The notes: generated by a model from the letters alone, not told the origin. Shown: positions 1 through 8,332, counted from the stretch's first letter. The stretch is 18,399 nt of DNA from Candidatus Eiseniibacteriota bacterium (GCA_044229145.1 JBGATO010000072.1:1-18399); one strand, 5' to 3'. Numbers and translations: made by a program.

Positions 1-17
1 AAAAGGAGAGTCGTTCG

Positions 18-239
18 ATGCGTTCCGGAATCCATCCGCGCTACTTCGCGACGCAGATCACCTGCGCCTGCGGCAACATCATCGAAACGGGGTCGACCTC
101 GAAGGGGATCCACGTCGAAATTTGCTCGGCGTGCCACCCGTTCTTCACCGGCAAGCAGAAGCTGGTCGACACCGCCGGTCGTATCGAGCGTTTCCGCCGC
201 AAGTACGGTCAGCCGGCAGCAGCCGACGCCGGCAAGTAG
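18..239 (+). CDS. rpmE: 50S ribosomal protein L31 (zinc-binding type)
   Basis: 73 aa. MRSGIHPRY...CACG...[30 protein letters not shown] is the L31 signature, with all four Zn-ligand Cys present. SD AAGGAG at 3-8. Confidence 0.98.
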   Translation: MRSGIHPRYFATQITCACGNIIETGSTSKGIHVEICSACHPFFTGKQKLVDTAGRIERFRRKYGQPAAADAGK

Positions 240-249
240 CGTCCTCGTT

Positions 250-305
250 CACGGCGCGTCGCGCGTCGCCCGCGGTCGTTTGCGGGCCTCGTGCGGCGCG
301 CCGTG
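250..305 (+). other. Long GC-rich stem-loop between rpmE and the DUF1385 gene
   Basis: 250-265 pairs with 290-305 (16 bp including two G-U), and inner 268-275 pairs with 280-287. There is no U-tract, so it is more likely a stabiliser or processing hairpin than a classic terminator. Confidence 0.5.
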
Positions 306-363
306 TCGCATGTAGCGGCGGAGTGCGCGCGATCCGCGCGCGGCCGTGACCCAGGAGATCCGC

Positions 364-1281
364 ATGGCGAAGCCCTCGCCGATCGGCGGGCAGGCGGTGG
401 TCGAAGGCATCATGATGCGCGCGCCGGATCAGTACGCGGTCGCGGTGCGCCGGCCCGACGGCACCATCGCCCTCGACCACCATCCGTTCATCAGCCTGAC
501 CCGGAAGCAGAAGGTGCTCAACCTGCCGATCGTGCGCGGCGCGATCGTGTTGTGGGAGACGCTGCAGATCGGCATGGCGGCGCTGACGTTCGCCGCCGAA
601 CAAGCGGGCGACGAGGAACCGCAAAACGCCACGCCGCAGTCCAAGGCGCGCGAGCGCCTGGCGATGGCCGGCTCGATGGTAATCGCGTTCGGTGCCGGAT
701 TGCTGCTCTTCTTCTGGCTGCCGCTCATCCTCACCGGCTGGCTGGTGAAGAGCGACAACGGCTTCGCCTTCAACTTGGTGGACGGTGTCATCCGCCTCGT
801 CTTCTTCTTCGCGTACATCGCGATCATCGGGCAGTGGAAGGAGATGCGGCGCGTCTTCGAGTACCACGGCGCCGAGCACATGGCGATCCACACGCTCGAG
901 GCCGGCGAGCCGCTCGAGCCGCGCTTCATCGGCAAGTACTCGCCGCGCCACCCGCGCTGCGGCACCAACTTCCTGTTCCTGACGATGATCTCGTCGATCG
1001 TCGTCTTCGTGTTCCTCGGCAAGCCACACACGGTGGCCGACCGATTGATTCGCCTGTGCTTCGTGCCGGTCGTGGCCGGTGTCGCCTACGAGCTGACGCG
1101 CCTGTCCGGCATGTGGGCCGACAAATCGTGGGCGCAGCCGCTCTTGTGGCCGGGGCTCGCGCTGCAGGCGATCACCACCAAGTACCCCAGCGTCGACCAG
1201 ATGGAGGTGGCGGTCCACGCGCTCGATGCGGTCCTCGACCCCGAGACGCGCGCCAAACACCATCCGGCATCCGCCGACTGA
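364..1281 (+). CDS. DUF1385 (YqhQ-like) membrane protein, predicted metal-dependent enzyme
   Basis: Motifs IGGQAVVEGIMM, RRVFEYHGAEH and HPRCGTNF, plus several hydrophobic helices. Typical position between rpmE and prfA. Start placed at ATG 364 (SD AGGAG 353-357); GTG 346 is an alternative. Confidence 0.92.
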   Translation: MAKPSPIGGQAVVEGIMMRAPDQYAVAVRRPDGTIALDHHPFISLTRKQKVLNLPIVRGAIVLWETLQIGMAALTFAAEQAGDEEPQNATPQSKARERLAMAGSMVIAFGAGLLLFFWLPLILTGWLVKSDNGFAFNLVDGVIRLVFFFAYIAIIGQWKEMRRVFEYHGAEHMAIHTLEAGEPLEPRFIGKYSPRHPRCGTNFLFLTMISSIVVFVFLGKPHTVADRLIRLCFVPVVAGVAYELTRLSGMWADKSWAQPLLWPGLALQAITTKYPSVDQMEVAVHALDAVLDPETRAKHHPASAD

Positions 1282-1293
1282 GACGAGAGGACG

Positions 1294-2379
1294 ATGGAAG
1301 ACCGCGTTCGTGAATCGTTGGGCCGCGCCACCAAGCGCGCGGACGAATTGACGGCGATGCTGGCCGATCCGGCCATCTACGCCGACGCGAAGCAATTCCG
1401 CGATCTCAGCCGCGAGCGCAAGTCGCTGGCGCCGATCGTCGAGGCGTGGGACAAGTACCAGAACCTCGAGGCCGAACTCTCCGGCGCGCGCGAGATGCTC
1501 GCCGCGGAGAGCGATGCCGAAATGCGCGCGATGGCGGAGGCCGAGATCGAGCCGCTCGAACAGCAAATCGAAACGCTCGAAGGCGAGATCACCGTGCTGC
1601 TCATCCCCAAGGACCCCGACGACGACAAGGCCGCGGTGGTGGAAATCCGCGCCGGCACCGGCGGCGAGGAGGCGGCGCTGTTCGCGGCGGAGATCTTCCG
1701 CATGTACCAGCGCTACGCCGAAGCGCAGGGTTGGCGCATCGAAATGCTCTCCGATTCCGAGAGCGAGAAGGGCGGCTTCAAGGAAGTCGTCTTCGGTGTG
1801 CAGGGCGAAGGCGCGTTCGGCAAGTTGAAGTTCGAGTCCGGCGTGCATCGCGTGCAGCGGGTGCCGGAGACCGAAGCGAGCGGCCGCATCCACACGTCGG
1901 CGGTCACCGTCGCCGTGCTGCCGGAGGCCGAGGAAGTCGACATCGAGATCAACGAGAAGGACCTCGAGATCGACGTCTACCGCGCTGGCGGGCCGGGCGG
2001 GCAGGGCGTCAACACGACGGACTCGGCGGTGCGCATCACGCACCTGCCGTCCGGATTGGTGGTGACCTGTCAGGACGAGCGCTCGCAGATCAAGAACAAG
2101 GCGAAGGCGTTGCGTGTGCTGCGCTCGCGGTTGCTCGACCACGCGCGGCGCGAGCAGGAAGAGAAGATGGGCGCGATGCGCCGGTCGCAGGTGTCCACCG
2201 GCGACCGCAGTGCCAAGATCCGCACTTACAACTTCCCGCAGGGCCGCGTCACCGACCACCGCATCGGGCTGACGCTGCACAAGTTGCCGGCGGTGCTCGA
2301 AGGCGACCTCGGCGAGATGACCGACGCGCTCATCCTGGCCGACCGCGCCGAGCGCCTCGCGGAGAGCAACGCCGGCTAA
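1294..2379 (+). CDS. prfA: Peptide chain release factor 1
   Basis: [28 protein letters not shown] (PxT anticodon motif of RF1), GGPGGQGVN (GGQ), [16 protein letters not shown]. Confidence 0.98.
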   Translation: MEDRVRESLGRATKRADELTAMLADPAIYADAKQFRDLSRERKSLAPIVEAWDKYQNLEAELSGAREMLAAESDAEMRAMAEAEIEPLEQQIETLEGEITVLLIPKDPDDDKAAVVEIRAGTGGEEAALFAAEIFRMYQRYAEAQGWRIEMLSDSESEKGGFKEVVFGVQGEGAFGKLKFESGVHRVQRVPETEASGRIHTSAVTVAVLPEAEEVDIEINEKDLEIDVYRAGGPGGQGVNTTDSAVRITHLPSGLVVTCQDERSQIKNKAKALRVLRSRLLDHARREQEEKMGAMRRSQVSTGDRSAKIRTYNFPQGRVTDHRIGLTLHKLPAVLEGDLGEMTDALILADRAERLAESNAG

Positions 2380-2408
2380 GCGACACCGGCGCGCGATATC
2401 GGTCGAGC

Positions 2409-2441
2409 CGGCCGCGTTCCGCAGCGTGCGGAGCGCGGCCG
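2409..2441 (+). terminator. Strong hairpin after prfA (terminator-like, lacks U-tract)
   Basis: CGGCCGCGTTCCGCA-GCG-TGCGGAGCGCGGCCG forms a 15-bp stem with one G-U, 30 nt after the prfA stop. Outer pairing of 2381-2386 with 2444-2449 is also possible. Confidence 0.5.
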
Positions 2442-2463
2442 CCGTGTCGGTGGGCGATTTCCC

Positions 2464-2490
2464 TCAAGGCGGCGCCCCGCGGTGCCGAAT
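2464..2490 (+). promoter_or_regulatory. Candidate sigma28 (FliA/SigD)-type promoter
   Basis: TCAAG (2464-2468) - 15 nt - GCCGAAT (2484-2490) resembles the TAAA/TCAAG...GCCGATA consensus. It lies after the prfA hairpin and about 80 nt before ATG 2569. The -10 match is imperfect. Confidence 0.35.
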
Positions 2491-2568
2491 CCACCGGCGG
2501 ACGCATCTCCGCCGGGCGCCTGCCGGCGGCGAGGCGCGTCGCCGTCGTGTCCGCGGGAGTGTCGCCCG

Positions 2569-5016
2569 ATGCATTCGCCGTCCGCCGTTGTGCCGTCCAC
2601 GGGAGCCGCGCTGGCCCCCGCCGTGTCCGAGGATCCGCGCCTGGTGCAGTTGTGCGCGTTGATCGACAGCGGCGACTTCGACCTCCTCAGTTTGGACGTG
2701 TTCGATACGGTGGTGTGGCGGGCGGTGCCGGAACCGCGCGACGTCTTCTTGGAGGTCGCGCGCGCGCTCGAGGAGCGCGGATACCTGCCGACCTCGGCGA
2801 CGCGCGCCAGCTTCGCCGCCGAACGCGTGCGAGCCGAGGACCGCGCCCGGCGGGCCACCGCTTCGCGTGAGGTCACGCTCGCGCAGATCTACGCCCAGTT
2901 TCCGGCCGGCTATCTCGACGGCCTCACGCCGGACGCCCTGCCCGATCTCGAGCGCGAGGTCGAGCGTGGCTTGGTTCACGTCCACGCGGATGTCGCCGCG
3001 GTGGTGGCGCACGCGCGCACGCGCGGCCTGCGCGTGGCGCTCGTGTCGGATACCTACTTCGACGCGGATTTCGTGCGCGCGCTGGTCGGCTTCCCGGTCG
3101 ACTTCTGCGTCGTGTCGTGCGAGCACGGATTGTCGAAGCATCAAGGCTTGCATCGCGTGCTGCTGCGCGACAGTGGCGTTGCCGCGGCGCGCGTGTTGCA
3201 CGTCGGCGACAATCACGATGCCGACATCGACGGGCCCGCGGTGTTCGGCATCGCGCGCCTGTGGCTGCGCAAGTTCCCGGCGGCGTACGCCGACGTCGTG
3301 ACGCGGGAGCTGCCCGACTACTGGACGCAACGCGCTGCATTGCTGCCCGGGCCGGACGCCGGCGTGACGATGTTGCGGGGCCGCGCGCAGGCGTGCGCGA
3401 CGACGCCGTACGAACGATGGGGCGCCGGCGTGCTCGGGCCGGTGCTCGCCGGCTTCGGCGAGTGGATTGCAGAGCGCTGTGCGGCGCGCGAGATCCGCAC
3501 CGCGTTGTGTTTGATGCGCGAGGGCACGGTGCTCAAGGGTGTGCTCGACACGCTCGACACCGGCCTCACCACGCACGAAACCTACCTCTCCCGCTACGCC
3601 GCTTTGCGCGCGTCGATCTTCACCGGAAGCGTCGACGAGATCGCCGCGTTCGTGGTGCGCCCGGCTCCGCAGCCGGCGGGCGATGTCTTGCGACAGCTTG
3701 GCCTCGAACGCACCGACGTGCCAGGCATCCATGCCGACGACGTCCTCACGAAGCCACAGGTGAAGGCGTTGGTACAGCGGCTGGCGGGCGACATCCGGCT
3801 GCGGGAGCGCATCGTGCGCGAAAGCGCGCGCGCCCGCGCACGGCTGCTCATGCACATCGCGCAGGCGGTCCCATTGCGTGAGCCGCAAACGGTAGCCGTC
3901 GTGGACCTCGGATACAAAGGCACGATCCAAGGCTGCCTGCAGGCGATCTTCGATCATGAAGGATTGCCGCTGCGGACGCACGGTCTCTACTTGGTCACCA
4001 ACGCCAGCGTGCACGAGACGCAGGCGCGCGGCGTGCGCGCCGAAGGCTGGCTCGCCGAAAATGGCCAGCCGACCGCCGTCGCGCACACGTTCATCCGCGC
4101 GCCGGAGGTGTTCGAGCAGTCGCTGATGGCGCCGTGCGGGACGACGCTCGGACATCACGACGATGGCACGCCGATTCTCGGCTCCCACTTGGTCGAAGAT
4201 GCGCAGCGCGCGCAGATCGACGAGATCCAGCGCGGCGCGCGACTGTTCGTCACGATGTGGGCGGCGCATCGCCGGCAGGTCGAGGTGCCGTACAGCGCCG
4301 ACTTGCGGCCACTATTTCAAGCGATGTGCATCCGCGCGGTGGCGCGTCCGCTCGACGAGGAGCTGGAGCTCTTTGGCGCGTGGCGGCACGACGACAACTT
4401 CGGCACCGACTCGGTCCGCACGCTGGCGGCGCCGCTCGATCTCCATCCGTGGGAAGCCGAGCACCTCTCGGCGCACCAACTGGCCAGCCTGTCGCACGAT
4501 CGCTTGTATTGGCCTTTCGCCTACGCGGCGGCGATGAGTCCGGCGATGGGCGAAGCGGTGGCGCAGATCTTCCTGCGCAGCGCGCCGCCAGACGCATTCG
4601 ACGCTGCCACCGGCGCGCGGCCGTTGATCGTGTCACGCGACCTCGGGCACGGCTTCCGCGCCGAGGACGCCGAGGTGCACACCGTCACACCCGGCAACCG
4701 GCATGCGGTGTGGTTCCGCGCGTCGCACACCTATCGCGGCACCGGCCCGCGCGGATTCGCGTTCGCGGTCGCACTTCCAGGCGAGGTAGTGCGAGTGCGC
4801 GGCGTCGCGCTGCACGCTATCGACGACAGCGGGCACGCGTCCGACCGCTTCATCGAAGCCGCGGCACTCGAGTTTGCCGGCTTCCGTCATTTGCATGGCG
4901 CGCTCTGGCTCTGCGACAGCGACCCGGCAGCGGTTCTCTGCGCGTGTCCCGAACTCACCTCTTTCCGCGGCATCGTGCACGCGGACATCTTCTTCTCGAT
5001 CTGCGAGGCGGCCTGA
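2569..5016 (+). CDS. HAD-phosphatase + glycan phosphoribosyltransferase protein (putative ribofuranosyltransferase; COG5610-like)
   Basis: 815 aa from ATG 2569 (SD GGGAG 2555-2559). N-terminal HAD motifs LSLDVFDT, LVSDTY and LHVGDNHDAD. Downstream are CLMREG and the PRPP-loop-like VAVVDLGYKGTIQ. There is an extra beta-rich C-terminal region. Confidence 0.8.
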   Translation: MHSPSAVVPSTGAALAPAVSEDPRLVQLCALIDSGDFDLLSLDVFDTVVWRAVPEPRDVFLEVARALEERGYLPTSATRASFAAERVRAEDRARRATASREVTLAQIYAQFPAGYLDGLTPDALPDLEREVERGLVHVHADVAAVVAHARTRGLRVALVSDTYFDADFVRALVGFPVDFCVVSCEHGLSKHQGLHRVLLRDSGVAAARVLHVGDNHDADIDGPAVFGIARLWLRKFPAAYADVVTRELPDYWTQRAALLPGPDAGVTMLRGRAQACATTPYERWGAGVLGPVLAGFGEWIAERCAAREIRTALCLMREGTVLKGVLDTLDTGLTTHETYLSRYAALRASIFTGSVDEIAAFVVRPAPQPAGDVLRQLGLERTDVPGIHADDVLTKPQVKALVQRLAGDIRLRERIVRESARARARLLMHIAQAVPLREPQTVAVVDLGYKGTIQGCLQAIFDHEGLPLRTHGLYLVTNASVHETQARGVRAEGWLAENGQPTAVAHTFIRAPEVFEQSLMAPCGTTLGHHDDGTPILGSHLVEDAQRAQIDEIQRGARLFVTMWAAHRRQVEVPYSADLRPLFQAMCIRAVARPLDEELELFGAWRHDDNFGTDSVRTLAAPLDLHPWEAEHLSAHQLASLSHDRLYWPFAYAAAMSPAMGEAVAQIFLRSAPPDAFDAATGARPLIVSRDLGHGFRAEDAEVHTVTPGNRHAVWFRASHTYRGTGPRGFAFAVALPGEVVRVRGVALHAIDDSGHASDRFIEAAALEFAGFRHLHGALWLCDSDPAAVLCACPELTSFRGIVHADIFFSICEAA

Positions 5017-5017
5017 C

Positions 5018-5827
5018 ATGGCAGACCTGCTGCTGCATTCGATGGCGGAATTCTCCGACATCATCTTCCCCGCGCTGGAGATTGCCGGCGCGACACGCGT
5101 GGTGGAGGTCGGCGCCGAGACCGGCGCGATGACCGATCGCTTGCTGGACTACGTCGCGCAGCGCGGCGGCACCTTGACGTCGATCGACCCGGCGCCCTCG
5201 GACGCGGCGAGCGCGTTGTTCGAGGGCTCGCCGCACGCGCGGTTGGTGCGTGCGACCAGCCTCGAGGCGATTCCGCAACTGAGCGCCGACGCGTGGCTGA
5301 TCGACGGCGATCACAACTACTTCACGGTTTTGGCCGAATCGCAAGCGGTGTGGGAACGCGCGCAGGCGAGCGGCATGCCCTTCCTCGTCTTCTATCACGA
5401 CGTCGGATGGCCGTGCGCGCGGCGCGACATGTATTACGCGCCAGAGCGCATTCCGGCGGAATTCCGCCAGCCGCTGTCGTGGGATCGCGGTGTGATTCCT
5501 GGCAATCCCGCCACGATCGCCGGCGGATTCCGCGGCGAAGGGGTGTTCGCCGTCGCGCTGCACGAAGGCGGCGCACGCAACGGCGTCCTCACGGCGATCG
5601 AAGACTTCGTCGCCGACAAGGGCGACCGGCTGCTGTGGGCGATGGTGCCCGCGGTCTTCGGGCTTGGCGTGCTGTTCGACGCCGAGGCGCCGTGGGCGGA
5701 AGCGCTGACCGCGCATCTGTTGCCGCACCACCAGAACCCGTTGCTCGCACGGCTCGAGGAGAATCGCCTCGCGTGTTATCTCCGCGTCATCGAATGGCAG
5801 GATCGCGCTCATGCCCAAGCCGCGTAG
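5018..5827 (+). CDS. Class I SAM-dependent methyltransferase (Methyltransf_24-like)
   Basis: 269 aa from ATG 5018, 1 nt after the upstream stop. Motif I VVEVGAETG, plus SIDP, LIDGDHNY and FYHDVGWP. Confidence 0.88.
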   Translation: MADLLLHSMAEFSDIIFPALEIAGATRVVEVGAETGAMTDRLLDYVAQRGGTLTSIDPAPSDAASALFEGSPHARLVRATSLEAIPQLSADAWLIDGDHNYFTVLAESQAVWERAQASGMPFLVFYHDVGWPCARRDMYYAPERIPAEFRQPLSWDRGVIPGNPATIAGGFRGEGVFAVALHEGGARNGVLTAIEDFVADKGDRLLWAMVPAVFGLGVLFDAEAPWAEALTAHLLPHHQNPLLARLEENRLACYLRVIEWQDRAHAQAA

Positions 5828-5828
5828 G

Positions 5829-7400
5829 ATGATGCCGCGCACCGCGCGGTCGTTGCAGCACGCGTCGCCCGCGCCGGCCGCGACGATGCAGGATGGTCCG
5901 ATTGCCGGCGCGGCGCGTTTGTGCGCGGCCGGCCGCTCGGCGGAAGCCTGGGCACTGTTGAGCGGCGCGCTCTGCGGCGGCCCGGAGGACGCGCCGCTGC
6001 TCCGCGAAATGGCGGAACTGCGATTGCGGCAGCGTGACCCGCAGGGCGCGGTGTCGCTGCTCGAGAGCGCGGTGGCTGTCGCGCCGTCGGATGGCGGCCT
6101 CCACTTCGCGCTGGCCGCAGCCTACATGAGCGCGGCGCGCCACGATCTCGCGGAGGCAGAGTGCGGCCTCGCCGTGCGGTTCGCGCCACACGATGCCCGC
6201 GCGCACAATCTGCTCGGCTGGTTGATCATGCACCGCGGCGACGCGGCGGCGGCGCTCCCGCACTTCCAGAACGCGCTGCGCGAAGATCCGTCGTCGGTGG
6301 ATGCGCGACTGAACGCCAGCGTGGCGCTCAATCGCATCGGCGCCTACGACAGTGCGCGCACGCTGTGCGAATCGATGACGCACCAGTGGCCCGGACATGC
6401 CGGCGTGTGGATCAACCTCGGGATGGCGTGCAAAGGTCAGCGCGATTTCGCCGCCGCCCGCGCGGCGTTTCAGCACGCCAGCGCGTCGCCCATGGCGCGC
6501 TTCAACCTCGGTCACCTGGCGCTCCTGCAGGGCGACCTCGCCGGCGGCTTGCCGCTCATGGAAGCGCGTCGTGACATCTTCGCGCTGGGCGCCGGATTGC
6601 GCGCTCCGGCCTGGACGCGCGGCGACCGCATGCCGCGCCGCCTTCTCGTCCTTCCCGAACAGGGCATGGGCGACACCATCTTGATGAGCCGCTTCTTCCC
6701 GATGCTCGCGGCGCGCTGCGATCAGCTCGTCGTGGTCGTGCAGGCGCCGTTGGTTCGCCTGTTCGCGCTCGCGTTCCCCGGTGTCGACGTGCGCAGCGAG
6801 ATCGGCGATGCCGCGTACGACGCGTGGGTGCCGGTGATGAGTCTGCCGCACGTGCTCGGCCTCGACGCCTTGGAGAAGGTGCCGACGTCTCCGTGGCTTG
6901 CGGCGCGACCGGCCGCGCCACGTCGCGCCGACGCGCCGGTGCGCATCGGCCTCAATTGGGCGGGCAACGCGGCATACGCGTACGACACGGTGCGCTCGGC
7001 TTCATTGGACGACTTCGCCCTGCTGCTGCGCGTGCCCGACGTCGAGTGGGTATCGCTGCACCGCGGTGTGCGCGAAATGGAAGCCTTGCGCTACAAGTTG
7101 CCGGAGCCTTTGGCGCGCGCGCGCGATTTCCAGGACACCGCGGAAGTCATCGCGGGCTGCGATCTCGTGCTCTCCACCGAAACAGCGGTGCCGAACCTGT
7201 CGGCCGCGATGGGCGTGCCGACGGTGATCCTCGCCAGCACCGATCCCGACTGGCGCTGGCACGGCTGGTATCACGACGTCACGGTGTGCGCGCAGGAGAC
7301 GCCGGGCGAATGGGGACCGGTCGTGCTGCAGGCGTTGCAGACGCTGCAGCAGCGCCTGCCGTACATCCGCCGCACGCAGCCGGTGCACCTGGCGGCATGA
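5829..7400 (+). CDS. TPR-repeat protein with C-terminal GT9-like (GT-B) glycosyltransferase domain
   Basis: The N-terminal half has TPR-pattern helices (AHNLLGWL, ARLNASVAL, VWINLGMA, ARFNLGHL). The C-terminal half has PEQGMGDTI, IGLNWAGN and DFQDTAEVIAGCDLVLSTETAVPNLSAAMGVPT. Start uncertain (5811, 5829 or 5886). Confidence 0.87.
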   Translation: MMPRTARSLQHASPAPAATMQDGPIAGAARLCAAGRSAEAWALLSGALCGGPEDAPLLREMAELRLRQRDPQGAVSLLESAVAVAPSDGGLHFALAAAYMSAARHDLAEAECGLAVRFAPHDARAHNLLGWLIMHRGDAAAALPHFQNALREDPSSVDARLNASVALNRIGAYDSARTLCESMTHQWPGHAGVWINLGMACKGQRDFAAARAAFQHASASPMARFNLGHLALLQGDLAGGLPLMEARRDIFALGAGLRAPAWTRGDRMPRRLLVLPEQGMGDTILMSRFFPMLAARCDQLVVVVQAPLVRLFALAFPGVDVRSEIGDAAYDAWVPVMSLPHVLGLDALEKVPTSPWLAARPAAPRRADAPVRIGLNWAGNAAYAYDTVRSASLDDFALLLRVPDVEWVSLHRGVREMEALRYKLPEPLARARDFQDTAEVIAGCDLVLSTETAVPNLSAAMGVPTVILASTDPDWRWHGWYHDVTVCAQETPGEWGPVVLQALQTLQQRLPYIRRTQPVHLAA

Positions 7401-8332
7401 GGTCGCGTCTTCTGCCGTGCGTGGCGCTGGCGGCGCTCGTCCTCACCAACGGCTGCTCGCCGACCACCGAGCCGGCGTCGACGACACCGGTTCCGGCGAT
7501 ACCGGCGACGCTCGCGTTCACCGGCGGCGGCTCGCTGGTTGCGCTCGGCGCCGCGGCGAGCGCGCAGGTGTCGCCCGGCGGCATCCTCGGCGAGGCCGCG
7601 GACGAAACCATCGCGCGCCCGTGCAGCAGCTTCGTGCACGCGGCAGTCCAGGTGGGAACGTGGTCGATCGCGGCCGGCGCATCGCTCGCTGTCCCGGTTG
7701 CGCTCACCGCGGCCGCACTGCAAACCACGCCGACCTACACGAGGACACGCGGCGATGGCGAAACCTACACCTGGACGACCACGCGGAGTGTCACCGACAC
7801 CACTGGCCTCACGCGCACCTACGGCGCGACGCTGACCGCGCACATCGTCGCCGGCCTCGTGCACTGGCAGCTGCGCGTCTCGGGCGAACTCCCGACCAGC
7901 CTGACGACCTCGGTCACGCTCACCGATTTCCCGTGGTACGACGGGGAGATGCCGCTGGCCGCGACCTCCGGCTGGTGGCAGTTCCTCGACGCGCGCACGC
8001 CGTCGACGCAGACGCCAGCGATGCGGGTGGCATGGTCGACGCTGCGCGATACGCTGTCGGTCGGCTACCTCAATCAGCGCGCCGGCACGGCGGCCGGGGA
8101 CAGTCTGCGCTATGCGCTCGCCGGCACCCACGCCACCTTCGACATGTGGACGGCGGCGAGCGCGACGCGCGCGTTCATCGTGGCCGACACCACCACCTGG
8201 GCGGGATCGCTGGCGCGCACGCCTGGCAGTACGACGTGCTGGAGCGGCCGGGTCGACAACTTCGCCTGCGTGGACTGTGTGGCGGGCGTGGTGGCGAGTC
8301 ACCGACGCGGGTCGATGCGCAACTCGCGGTAG
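7397..8332 (+). CDS. Hypothetical lipoprotein (Thr/Ala-rich, beta-strand-rich)
   Basis: ATGA overlap with the upstream stop (7397-7400). Signal peptide MRSRLLPCVALAALVLTNG-C with a lipobox-like Cys. 311 aa, with a C-terminal Cys cluster CW...FACVDC. Confidence 0.8.
   Translation: MRSRLLPCVALAALVLTNGCSPTTEPASTTPVPAIPATLAFTGGGSLVALGAAASAQVSPGGILGEAADETIARPCSSFVHAAVQVGTWSIAAGASLAVPVALTAAALQTTPTYTRTRGDGETYTWTTTRSVTDTTGLTRTYGATLTAHIVAGLVHWQLRVSGELPTSLTTSVTLTDFPWYDGEMPLAATSGWWQFLDARTPSTQTPAMRVAWSTLRDTLSVGYLNQRAGTAAGDSLRYALAGTHATFDMWTAASATRAFIVADTTTWAGSLARTPGSTTCWSGRVDNFACVDCVAGVVASHRRGSMRNSR

Noticed and set aside
145..2280. 711-aa antisense ORF, and similar long shadow ORFs (2464-4269 -, 5787-6851 -, 7271-8992 -, 13362-14741 +, 17116-18198 +)
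   Set aside because: They overlap well-supported genes, lack recognisable motifs and are the expected stop-poor shadow frames of high-GC coding DNA.
1294..2379. Possible RF2 with programmed frameshift
   Set aside because: The ORF is continuous and has the PET motif (RF1), with no SPF motif or CTTTGA shift site.
5018..5827. Methyltransferase near prfA as a possible PrmC or DNA methylase
   Set aside because: It has no NPPY/DPPY or PC motif. IDGDHNY and HD motifs indicate the Methyltransf_24 type.
6824..7396. Upstream extension of the lipoprotein ORF
   Set aside because: It is an off-frame overlap with the TPR-GT gene. The signal peptide begins at ATG 7397.
2380..8332. Cassette as a prophage, mobile element or anti-phage defence island
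   Set aside because: No integrase, transposase, att or terminal repeats, nuclease or NTPase motifs were seen, and base composition looks similar to the flanks by eye.
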